Shown here one piece after another: positions 34,536 to 43,148 of a stretch of 64,000 nucleotides of DNA. Below the pieces are notes generated by a model. It saw only the letters and a list, made by a program, of their open reading frames with translations, was not told the DNA's origin and searched no databases. The position numbers and the translations under genes are program-made. Every line of letters starts with the position of its first letter. Position 1 is the stretch's first letter. The stretch is from Candidatus Falkowbacteria bacterium (GTDB taxonomy: Bacteria; Patescibacteriota; Patescibacteriia; Patescibacteriales; UBA12075): assembly GCA_003514005.1 (NCBI GenBank), contig DOSJ01000019.1:22868-86867 (forward strand), in the 5' to 3' direction.

Positions 34536-35366
34536 CTATTTCCCCAATATCTTCTTAATCTTCGCCACTATTTCCTCAGTCGTAAAATGCGCTTTTACCA
34601 GATAATCATTCGCCCCCATATCCATCGCTTTTTTAATATCATCGTCTTGTCCAAGATTCGAAAGCATGATTACCGGCACTTTGGCGATTTTTTCTTCTGT
34701 GCTTGTCCTGATTTGATTCAGTACTTGGAATCCATCAATCGCCGGCAAAATTATGTCCAAAAGCACAATGTCAGGCTTTATCGCTTTCACACCATCAATC
34801 GCTTGACTACCGTCAACCGCCTCAAAAACCGTATAACCCTCTTTAGTCAATTTTTTGCTCGAAATTTCACGCAAAAAAGAATCGTCTTCAACCAACAAAA
34901 CTTTAACACCCAAATTTCTTACCTTTGGATCTTCACGCGGTATCAAAACCTGCATATCCGCGTCGCTCTTCAGCGCCTTGCCGTCATTGCTTAGACATAA
35001 CTGCACTTTCTTTAAAACATCCAATGGGCTGAATTCGGTTTTGATAAGATGATCAACCGCTCCTAGCATTTTTGTTTTTTCAATTTCCACCGGCTGTCCA
35101 GAATTGGATATGATGATGACCGGAATTTTAACATTGTTCATGTTCATCTTCTCTAGGACTTCATACCCATCCATCTTGGGCATAACAATATCCAAAAGGA
35201 TTAAATTCGGCTGCCAATCAATAATTTTTTTATAACCGTCTTCGCCGTCATAAGCCGCTTCAACGATAAACCCTTCCTTTTTTAATTTTGTCACTAAAAG
35301 ATCAATCAAAGAACGCTCGTCTTCAATGATCAAAATCTTGATTTCGCTATTGATTATTTCTGTCAT
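34536..35366 (-). CDS. response regulator with two tandem receiver domains, no output domain
   Basis: 276 aa. REC1 (ILIIEDE..LILLDIVMPKMDG) and REC2 (VLLVEDD..IVLLDIILPAIDG). Confidence 0.8.
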   Translation of the reverse strand: MTEIINSEIKILIIEDERSLIDLLVTKLKKEGFIVEAAYDGEDGYKKIIDWQPNLILLDIVMPKMDGYEVLEKMNMNNVKIPVIIISNSGQPVEIEKTKMLGAVDHLIKTEFSPLDVLKKVQLCLSNDGKALKSDADMQVLIPREDPKVRNLGVKVLLVEDDSFLREISSKKLTKEGYTVFEAVDGSQAIDGVKAIKPDIVLLDIILPAIDGFQVLNQIRTSTEEKIAKVPVIMLSNLGQDDDIKKAMDMGANDYLVKAHFTTEEIVAKIKKILGK

Positions 35367-35459
35367 ATGATTTAATAATTTGAGACTTAAAAAAAACTCT
35401 TTTATTTCTTAAAAAATATAGTTTTTCTCAGATCTCAATTTATATTAAAATTAACATTA

Positions 35460-37361
35460 TTACTCAGGTTTTTCCAAAGGAATCGTAAAAACAAACTCAG
35501 TGCCAATGCCTTCCTTGCTATCAAAGGTAATCTCGCCGCCGTGCTTTCGGACAACATTTTTGACGATAAATAGTCCAAGACCCGAGCCTTCAGTTTGCAT
35601 ACGGATTACATTATCAGCTCTGAAAAATTTTGAAAACAGCTTGCTTTGATCCTTTTCCGGAATACCGACGCCGTTATCCTTTATCCTGACTTTCAAAAAT
35701 GTGCTTCCCAAAGCCAAAGTCACTTCAATCTTGCCAAACTCCGGAGTATACTTAACCGCGTTTTCCAAGATATTCTGCAAAACCAAAATCATTTTACTTC
35801 GATCAAAATATATCTTTGGTAAATTGCCAGGCTTATTCAAAATATATTTGATTTTCTTTGTCTTTATCTGATTCTCTAGACTTTCCATAACAATATTCAA
35901 TACATCTGAAAAATCATCAAGAACAAAAGCATACCCAAAGCGCCCTTCCTCAATACGGGATACATTTAACATATCATTCACAAGACCGATAATCCTTTCA
36001 TTGCTCTGATAGCCCTTAAACAGCATCTTTTTCTGTTCTTCGTTCAATTTACCCAAATCCCCGTCTATTACCATCTTGATAATCCATTTAACGGCAGACA
36101 AAGGTGTACGCAGTTGATGGGCGGCAATAGAAATAAAATCTGACTTAAGCTTATCAATCATCTTTTCTCTAGTCAAGTTATAAAAAATCTTCATGACCCC
36201 CAAATACTCATGTCGGACATCGACTACTTCGGCGGTAATGACTTTGTAGGTCAATTCTTGGTTGGCAAAATTTATCACCAGCTCCTCCTCGTTCAAAGGC
36301 GCTTTCAAATCCTTGGAAGTCTTTACCGTAAAATCCTGTTTGATAACTGACTTGAAATTTATCATCGAGTAGTTATCACTCTTATTTATTTCTTTTCCAA
36401 TATCCGCAGTCAGAAAGCCGAACATCTGCCTGGCCGCGGGATTAATCAAATTCAAACGGCTGTCTTTATCGATTACGATAATCGGATCAACAAAATTTGA
36501 AATAATCGCATTGGTTTTTTCTTTTTCCTTGTCCGCCAGCTGTCTCGCGACTTGCAAATCGCTAAAAGCGCGGAACAATGACTTTTCTGAATTCTCCAAT
36601 TGCTTGATTTTTTTATTCAACTGTTCGTTGATATTCATTATCAAACGATCATGCTTGGCTAATTTAGCAGAATCTTCGCCCAGCTTTTCTACGTTCTTTT
36701 CTTCTTGCTTTTTTTCTTCAAGCAAGTGCGCGGTTTGAATTATCAATCTTTGTTCGCGGCGCAATAAAAGCTTGGAACTATAACCGGATACAACGGCAAT
36801 CACCAGATAAAAATTAGACGTAATTAATATTTTTATCATGGAAAAAGTCGCTTGGCGTAATTCTAAAATTTCTTCACGCAAAAAACTTTTTTGATCAGTC
36901 AAAAACCGAAAAACCACGTTGATGTATTCCAAAACAAAAAGCCCGTTGACCAAAGCAGCTGAGATTAAGGCTGTAATGACTGCGCCTCTTATCCCAAAAA
37001 TTATAGATGAAGAAATTATCGGCAAAAAGAAAAAAACACTGGCAACCGGCTTATCACCGATCAGATAAAAAATCGAAGTAAATATTATAAGTTCCAAAAC
37101 GATCTGCCAAATGCTAAGCAGTCTTAATTTTTCCCGGGAGCCCGTTTTTTTAATAAGCGTTAGATAATGGTAGAGAAAAGCGTTGGAAATCAGGAATAAT
37201 AAAAGCAAAATCCCGATATAAAAAAAAGACGAACGCAAAGAAAAAAGACTCAGAAGCGAATTACCCAAAATCCCAATCAAAAACACCGCCACCATATAAA
37301 ACCAGCGGGTAGTAATTATCCATTCGTTTATCTCCAGCTTACGATCGTAGTTATAATCCAT
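35460..37361 (-). CDS. sensor histidine kinase (multi-TM, PAS-like, HisKA, HATPase_c)
   Basis: 633 aa with about 6 N-terminal TM helices, a coiled coil, the H-box FISIAAHQLRTPL, an N-box and G-boxes (DNGVGIP, GSGLGL). Confidence 0.85.
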   Translation of the reverse strand: MDYNYDRKLEINEWIITTRWFYMVAVFLIGILGNSLLSLFSLRSSFFYIGILLLLFLISNAFLYHYLTLIKKTGSREKLRLLSIWQIVLELIIFTSIFYLIGDKPVASVFFFLPIISSSIIFGIRGAVITALISAALVNGLFVLEYINVVFRFLTDQKSFLREEILELRQATFSMIKILITSNFYLVIAVVSGYSSKLLLRREQRLIIQTAHLLEEKKQEEKNVEKLGEDSAKLAKHDRLIMNINEQLNKKIKQLENSEKSLFRAFSDLQVARQLADKEKEKTNAIISNFVDPIIVIDKDSRLNLINPAARQMFGFLTADIGKEINKSDNYSMINFKSVIKQDFTVKTSKDLKAPLNEEELVINFANQELTYKVITAEVVDVRHEYLGVMKIFYNLTREKMIDKLKSDFISIAAHQLRTPLSAVKWIIKMVIDGDLGKLNEEQKKMLFKGYQSNERIIGLVNDMLNVSRIEEGRFGYAFVLDDFSDVLNIVMESLENQIKTKKIKYILNKPGNLPKIYFDRSKMILVLQNILENAVKYTPEFGKIEVTLALGSTFLKVRIKDNGVGIPEKDQSKLFSKFFRADNVIRMQTEGSGLGLFIVKNVVRKHGGEITFDSKEGIGTEFVFTIPLEKPE

Positions 37362-37513
37362 AATTAACAGGCAATATTTATATATTTATTATACCATTTT
37401 TCAATAAAAAAAAATAGCTTTTTGCAAAAACCATTTTTTTATATAAGTCTATTTACCTCAAAGTTTTCTTGCCTTTTTATAATTATTTGGTTTGTTATAC
37501 TGTTTATATTATT

Positions 37514-37667
37514 TTGTCATTCCTGACACACAATAGCCCCGCAGGGAAATAAATATTAAATGATCAGGAATCCAGGGGAAATAAATTTGAATATTTTTAA
37601 ACGTCAGAATGTTTAATAACGCATACGCCATTTTCACCTGGATTCCTGCCTTCGCAGGAATGACAAA
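37514..37667. mobile_element. MITE-like element, GTCATTCC family (copy D, left end disrupted)
   Basis: ttgtcattcctga...tcaggaatccagg on the left vs cctggattcctgccttcgcaggaatgacaa on the right (37638-37667). Confidence 0.55.
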
Positions 37668-37678
37668 GTAATAGATAA

Positions 37679-38620
37679 TCAACGTTTAAAACGTGTAAGC
37701 CCAGAACAAACTTCAACCTTAACACCCTTTTCTTCCAATTTATCCAAAAACAAATTCATACCAAGTGAATCAGACGACATGTGTCCGGCGATTACGACAT
37801 TCAGATGATATTTTTCCGCTTCTTTTCGATGTTCTTCGCTCATATGCATGCCGATAATCGTACCAATTCCGGCTTGCGCCATTTTCTCATAGATTTCTTT
37901 AGCACCCGATGTTCCACCGGTAAATTCGGTAACAACAATCTTGCCACAACTGTTATCAGGTGCGCCAACAAATATTTTTGGTCCCGCATTGTATTCAACC
38001 GCACTTTTGTATTCCGGGATTTTTTTTAGCATCGCAATTAAATCAGAAACAAATTCGGGCTTTTCTTTTTTAATTGCTTTAACTAAAAAATCCGCGCCAA
38101 GATTATCGGCGATAGTATGTGTACACATATAATCCAGCTTAAGGTGGCGGGCAAAATCAACACTGCGGTTATGATTGATAGGTGATACTCCGCGTCCGAC
38201 CTCGGATATGCGCGGACGCAAAACCGATTCGGCAATATTGATCGGCACGCCATAGTCTGCCAAAACTTGCGCCTGCAGATCCATCACACTATGCAAGTCC
38301 GCTAGCGCTTTTCCGCTCGGATGATGTGATATCACCAAATCAATATCCCCCATCTCTTTCGCCAAAAGCATTTCCGAACCATCAATATCAATCCCAGCCA
38401 AAACTTTTTTGATCACTTTTTTCTTATTATCAACGAGAACGCGCGTATCACTATACGGATTTATCATTTTCTCTTTATCAAATTCCGCCTGCGCATTTTT
38501 GTCCAGTCTTTCAAACTGTTTTTTCGCCCGTTCCAAATATTTTTTCACGCCATTCTCCCCACGCAAATCAGATTTCATTCCCATGTTTACCGCTAATTCA
38601 TAGATTTGTTTTGTTGTCAT
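37679..38620 (-). CDS. NIF3-family (dinuclear metal centre) protein
   Basis: 313 aa with DLVISHHP, MCTHTIADN and VIAGHMSSD resembling NIF3/YbgI metal ligands. Moderate confidence. Confidence 0.55.
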   Translation of the reverse strand: MTTKQIYELAVNMGMKSDLRGENGVKKYLERAKKQFERLDKNAQAEFDKEKMINPYSDTRVLVDNKKKVIKKVLAGIDIDGSEMLLAKEMGDIDLVISHHPSGKALADLHSVMDLQAQVLADYGVPINIAESVLRPRISEVGRGVSPINHNRSVDFARHLKLDYMCTHTIADNLGADFLVKAIKKEKPEFVSDLIAMLKKIPEYKSAVEYNAGPKIFVGAPDNSCGKIVVTEFTGGTSGAKEIYEKMAQAGIGTIIGMHMSEEHRKEAEKYHLNVVIAGHMSSDSLGMNLFLDKLEEKGVKVEVCSGLTRFKR

Positions 38621-38688
38621 ATTGTTGAATTTAAATATTTTTTATAATAGTTTTTTACTATAAATTTAGTACCGGATTTTTTCTTTTA

Positions 38689-39603
38689 TCAAATCTCAAT
38701 CCCTCGCAAAGCCGCAATTCTCTCCTCAACCGGCGGATGGGTCATAAACGCTTTTTTGAAAAAACTTTTTTTATCGCGCTCGTCGCTTTTGCCTTCAAAG
38801 GGTGATGCGATATATAAATGCGCGGTTGCGCGATTGGCGACTTCAAGCGGCTCGGTATCGGCCGAAATTTTTTCCAAAGCGCGCGCCAATCCTTCCGGAT
38901 AGCGCGTCAAAAGCGCGCCGTCGGCGTCAGCGGCAAATTCGCGCTTGCGGGAAATGGCAAATTGCATCATGTAGGCAAAAAACGGAGCAAGGATCGAAAG
39001 CAATACCGCCGCGATCATAATGACGACTTGCAGTTGTCCGCCACCTTCACTATTGCGTTTCCGGCCCCAAAATGTCCAACGACGAAACCAATCAGCCAAA
39101 AGTACGATTACACCGACAAGTACGGTTACGATTGTCGCAAGCAAAATATCACGATTGCCAATATGCGAAAGTTCGTGCGCGATTACGCCCTCTAGTTCAC
39201 TCTTGTCAAGTTTTTGTAAAAGTCCGGCTGTAACCGCAACCACGGCATGCTCCGGGTCGCGCCCTGTGGCAAATGCGTTTGGAGCAGTATCATTAATGAT
39301 ATATATTTTCGGCACAGGTAAACCGGCGGTAATACAAAGATTTTCAACCAAACGATATAGCTCCTTATTATCCTCAAAAGAGACTTGCTTGGCATCGGAC
39401 ATCGCAAGAACAATCTTGTCGCTCCACCAATAGCTGATGAAGCTAGAAACAATACTAAAAGCCACGGCAAAATAAAGAACTTCCGGCGAATCCATTGCTG
39501 TACCAAATACGAAACCGGCAAGCATTATAAACACAAAAAACCCGGACAAAAGCAACCAAGTTTTTCGTTTGTTTGAGTCTGAGTGGTTGTAGAGAGTGGG
39601 CAT
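38689..39603 (-). CDS. htpX: zinc metalloprotease HtpX (M48)
   Basis: 304 aa with 4 TM segments and the HELSHIGNRD HExxH motif. Confidence 0.9.
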   Translation of the reverse strand: MPTLYNHSDSNKRKTWLLLSGFFVFIMLAGFVFGTAMDSPEVLYFAVAFSIVSSFISYWWSDKIVLAMSDAKQVSFEDNKELYRLVENLCITAGLPVPKIYIINDTAPNAFATGRDPEHAVVAVTAGLLQKLDKSELEGVIAHELSHIGNRDILLATIVTVLVGVIVLLADWFRRWTFWGRKRNSEGGGQLQVVIMIAAVLLSILAPFFAYMMQFAISRKREFAADADGALLTRYPEGLARALEKISADTEPLEVANRATAHLYIASPFEGKSDERDKKSFFKKAFMTHPPVEERIAALRGIEI

Positions 39604-39612
39604 AGATTTTTT

Positions 39613-39696
39613 AATTTCTAAATTATAATTTCTAATGTCTAAAGATTTATTAAATATGCAAAAATTTAGACATTAGAAATTAATAATTTAGAAATT
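39613..39696. repeat. hairpin, TTAGAAA word family
   Basis: aatttctaaattataatttctaatgtctaaa vs tttagacattagaaattaataatttagaaatt. Lies between htpX and the tRNA. Confidence 0.8.
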
Positions 39697-39708
39697 CATA
39701 AAAAACTG

Positions 39709-39780
39709 TGCTCTCGATAGGAATCGAACCTATATTACAAGTTCCGGAAACTTGCGTTCTATCCATTGAACTACGAAAGC
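39709..39780 (-). tRNA. tRNA-Arg (anticodon CCG)
   Basis: Hand-folded cloverleaf: GCTTTCG/CGAGAGC acceptor, GTTC/GAAC D-stem, CAAGT-TTCCGGA-ACTTG anticodon arm, ATAGG-TTCGATT-CCTAT T-arm, discriminator A. CCA is not encoded. Confidence 0.9.
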
Positions 39781-39785
39781 TAAAA

Positions 39786-39853
39786 AATTTCTAAGTTCTA
39801 ATTCCTAATTTCTAATCTTTTATTTAGAAATTATAATTTAGGACTTAGAAATT
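39786..39853. repeat. hairpin, TTAGAAA word family
   Basis: aatttctaagttctaattcctaatttctaa vs ttagaaattataatttaggacttagaaatt. Confidence 0.8.
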
Positions 39854-39940
39854 TATATTAATATAATATCTTATTTTAAATAAAAAAACAATAAAAAAAC
39901 ACCCATCTTTTAAAGACGGGCATTTTAAATATATTCGTAA

Positions 39941-41647
39941 TCAAGCGGGATTTTTTCCTAGTTTTTCAAGATAAAGCTCTTTGACCGCAAAATAAGTCCG
40001 CATATATATCTTGTTTTCTTCAAACTTTTTACAATAAAAGCTTTCGTTCTGCAATCTTTGCTTGATAACCGGATTAACACCTGATAAATACACTTGGCAA
40101 CCGTTTTGTTTTAAAATACCGATCAATTCTTCCAAATATTTAACACCGTCGGTATCGATATAATATGCATGTCTTAAAGAAATGATTACGATATTTCCGG
40201 ATTTAATCTTTTCAATTGCTTCGATATGCGCCGGCATATTGATGTAGGTCAAGGCTCCGGAAATTTTATATACGACTAAATCGGAATGAATATCTGATTT
40301 TTTAATAAAATCGTCTTTCAGCAAGCTTTCAAACATTTTTCCGTCTTTCCAAAGCAGCACCTCTGTTTGTCCCTTGGAAACGTTTTGCACAAAAATCAAC
40401 AAAGCCAAAATTGACCCAACCATTATTCCAATAATCGGGTCCTCGGCAACCGTTATCACCGCCACCAAGACTGAAAGCCAAAACGCGGTTTTTTCATTTT
40501 CAATCAAATAAATAAAATGCTCTTTTTCAAGCATGGAAATCGCGACATAAACCAAGATAGACGCAACAACCACCAAAGGCAAAAATTGGAAAAAATTTAT
40601 CAAAAGTAGGATAATCAGCATAATAAAAAACGAGCTGATAACGGCCGAAGTTTTATGCGTTGCCTTGCTTTTGATATTCAAAGAAGTTCTGGCCAGCGCC
40701 GCTGTTGCCGGAATTCCTCCGGCCAGTCCGGAAAAAACATTAGCCAGACCAAGTCCAAAAACTTCTTTTTGGCGATTAAATTTCACTTTGGTCATATTTT
40801 CGGCAATCTGGCCGGAAAGCAATGTTTCCAAAATAGAAATCATAGCTGTCGCCGCGGCAATAACCCACAATTGTTTTGAATATAAGATTGTCCAGGAAAA
40901 AGATGACCAAACATTAAGAAATACTTGTCCGCTTAGATCATGATATTTATCAGCCAAGGTCAAAACATTGGGTAATGGCAAAAGACCGCTGTGCTGTGAC
41001 CACGCCGCGCCGATACCGATTGCGGTCAAGACAATAGCACCCGGCAATTTGGGAAATTTTTTATTCCAAGCAAAAATAAATACCGTGCCGATCAAAAATA
41101 TCAAGAATGTCCCCCACTGAAATTCGGAAATACGGCTAAAAATTGTAATTATATTTTCTATGTTATTGTCGGTTTTGTGAACGTCCGCCAGTCCGAAAAT
41201 ATTATCAAGCTGACCAAGCCCGATGATCATGGCAACGCCGAGCGTAAACCCGTGGACTACGCTTCTAGGAATAAAGATTATATAGCGATCCAGATGAAAA
41301 TAATAAGCGAAAAGAATCATCAGCCCCGATATTATCGCCAACAACGGCAAATAAATCGAGCCGTTTGCCAAGGCAAAAACTATTAATATTCCCGACAAAG
41401 CCCCGGTCGGTCCGATGATGTTAAAATGGCTGCCACCAAAAATAGCCCCGATTAATCCCGCCCACAAAGCGGTAATCACTCCTTGAGTTGGAGTCGCGCC
41501 GCTCGCAATTGCCAAAGCGATTGAGAGAGGAATACTGACCAAAGCGACGGTCAATCCTGATTTCCAGTTAAAGCGGATTAATTGGCCAAAGTTTTTTGAA
41601 TTAAACATACTTGCGAAATGCTCCCAAACCAAAAAAGCGGCAATCAT
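39941..41647 (-). CDS. SulP-family anion transporter with C-terminal STAS domain
   Basis: 568 aa with about 11 TM helices. N-terminal GLTVALVSIPLSIALAIASG is typical of SulP, followed by a STAS-like tail. Confidence 0.85.
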   Translation of the reverse strand: MIAAFLVWEHFASMFNSKNFGQLIRFNWKSGLTVALVSIPLSIALAIASGATPTQGVITALWAGLIGAIFGGSHFNIIGPTGALSGILIVFALANGSIYLPLLAIISGLMILFAYYFHLDRYIIFIPRSVVHGFTLGVAMIIGLGQLDNIFGLADVHKTDNNIENIITIFSRISEFQWGTFLIFLIGTVFIFAWNKKFPKLPGAIVLTAIGIGAAWSQHSGLLPLPNVLTLADKYHDLSGQVFLNVWSSFSWTILYSKQLWVIAAATAMISILETLLSGQIAENMTKVKFNRQKEVFGLGLANVFSGLAGGIPATAALARTSLNIKSKATHKTSAVISSFFIMLIILLLINFFQFLPLVVVASILVYVAISMLEKEHFIYLIENEKTAFWLSVLVAVITVAEDPIIGIMVGSILALLIFVQNVSKGQTEVLLWKDGKMFESLLKDDFIKKSDIHSDLVVYKISGALTYINMPAHIEAIEKIKSGNIVIISLRHAYYIDTDGVKYLEELIGILKQNGCQVYLSGVNPVIKQRLQNESFYCKKFEENKIYMRTYFAVKELYLEKLGKNPA

Positions 41648-41787
41648 TGTCCAATTCGTTCTTGAATTCGTTCATATTGGCATACACGAATATAAACTGG
41701 TCAAAAACGAATAACAGCCAACTTTTGCCTATTTCTTGATTTAAAAATTAATAATTAGTTTTTGTTATTAAAACATTTTGTGAATTA

Positions 41788-41950
41788 GGCCGAAAATAAA
41801 TAATTGATTTTTATTAAATTACTGCTTGAAGCGGATCATATTACCTACTCGAATGTTTATGTATGAATCTAACTAATATCCAATTCTCTACTTCTGCGCT
41901 TTTGCTGAGCTGAGCTTAATTTAATAAAAATCAATTATTTATTTTCGGCC
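41788..41950. mobile_element. 163-bp element with perfect 34-bp terminal inverted repeats (copy 1)
   Basis: ggccgaaaataaataattgatttttattaaatta (41788-41821) is the exact reverse complement of 41917-41950. A second copy lies at 55027-55190 in the same orientation. Confidence 0.75.
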
Positions 41951-42086
41951 GATACGAATCTATAATTTTCCACAAAATAAGTTAATTAACCAAATTTTTA
42001 AACAAAAAAAACACGCGATTGCGTTTCTTGATTATATCTTAATCCTTTAAAATAATTTTGTAAAGTCCGATTTTCAAACCAACACA

Positions 42087-42109
42087 AAGCCCGCCGAAAA
42101 GGCGGGCTT
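42087..42109 (-). terminator. GC-rich hairpin terminator after the ABC/DUF4340 operon
   Basis: Stem aagcccgcc / ggcgggctt with a GAAAA loop. The minus-strand tail TTGTGTTGGTTTG is only partly U-rich. Confidence 0.55.
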
Positions 42110-42124
42110 AAATTAAAAAATGAT

Positions 42125-43057
42125 TTACCGCAAATCCCAAATATTCTTGTCCAAAGCCTGACGATTGCTTTTTGTAACCAAATAAATATTGTCGCTCACG
42201 CCTTTTTTTGCATAGTAATATTCCTGCTCGCCGGCATCTTCTCCTTTGTAAATATTGCCGATCATGATCGTGTTATCAATGCCTTCGCCGGTAGCCTGGA
42301 CAATAACGCCGGATTTTTCCAGTCCGGTACCCGCAAAGCTTTGCTCTGGAATTTTTGCCGACAAAATACCGGACATCAAAGTCAAGATTTCAGAAAGTTT
42401 TTCCGCATTGACCGTAAACTTGCTCGGCGCGACTCCTGTCCAAACATCATCTTTCTTTTCAATCGTAAATTCCCGATTCGGATATTGGAATCGGATTTTC
42501 GTTATTCTATCCTTATCCGAAGAGAATATTTTTTTATCATGCCAATCTTCGTGCGCGAACAATCCGTTAAGCGGCGACTTTAGCAAATATGTTTTGTCAT
42601 CACCAACCGGACTGATGTATGCGGCTGAAAAATTATTTGAGGCCTTGCCGATAAAGAACTCGCTTAAAGCCTTGTCGCCTTGGCGCAATTTTACCAAAAT
42701 TCCGCCTGCCTCATCAGTCTCAAAATCAGCTTTCTTATCCTTGTTTTCACTGGCAAGCTCCATGTCCGCTTTCTGCGCCTCTGCCAATCCGCTTGTAAGC
42801 GTAGTTACCAAAGCATCTTCTACATAAAAATCTTTCGTGCCGCCGATCTTCCAACGATCACCGTTCTTTTCCAAAACAATCGTCTTGCCCAAAGCGCTAA
42901 CATCGATAAAATCAATGTCTTCAACATTTATTTTTGACAAAAAATTTTTCACCTTGCCTTTATCCGCCTGCATTTTTTGCCATGGACCGTTGTAGAAATA
43001 TGCGGCAATAACCAATACGATTAACAGACCTCCTAAGTATAGATTTTTTTTAGACAT
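42125..43057 (-). CDS. DUF4340-like protein (last gene of gldA/F/G-like operon)
   Basis: 310 aa with an N-terminal TM. Position after a GldG-like gene and the repeated beta-rich pattern fit DUF4340. Confidence 0.55.
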   Translation of the reverse strand: MSKKNLYLGGLLIVLVIAAYFYNGPWQKMQADKGKVKNFLSKINVEDIDFIDVSALGKTIVLEKNGDRWKIGGTKDFYVEDALVTTLTSGLAEAQKADMELASENKDKKADFETDEAGGILVKLRQGDKALSEFFIGKASNNFSAAYISPVGDDKTYLLKSPLNGLFAHEDWHDKKIFSSDKDRITKIRFQYPNREFTIEKKDDVWTGVAPSKFTVNAEKLSEILTLMSGILSAKIPEQSFAGTGLEKSGVIVQATGEGIDNTIMIGNIYKGEDAGEQEYYYAKKGVSDNIYLVTKSNRQALDKNIWDLR

Positions 43058-43095
43058 AGTTGTAAATTTCTAAATTATAATTTCTAATTCCTAAA

Positions 43096-43137
43096 AATCC
43101 GCGTTAATCCGCGTTAATCCGCGTTTGAATCCGCGTC
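43096..43137. repeat. 10-bp direct repeats AATCCGCGTT x3 plus one degenerate unit
   Basis: aatccgcgtt at 43096, 43106 and 43116, then aatccgcgtc at 43128. Lies between the GldG-like stop and the DUF4340 start. Confidence 0.75.
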
Positions 43138-43148
43138 CATACGCGTTT

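Noticed and set aside
39604-39860. Possible CRISPR array, suggested by the many short repeated units across the window.
   Set aside because: The repeats are inverted arms of hairpins or tandem 6-10 nt words. They are not 25-40 nt direct repeats separated by unique spacers, and no cas genes are present.
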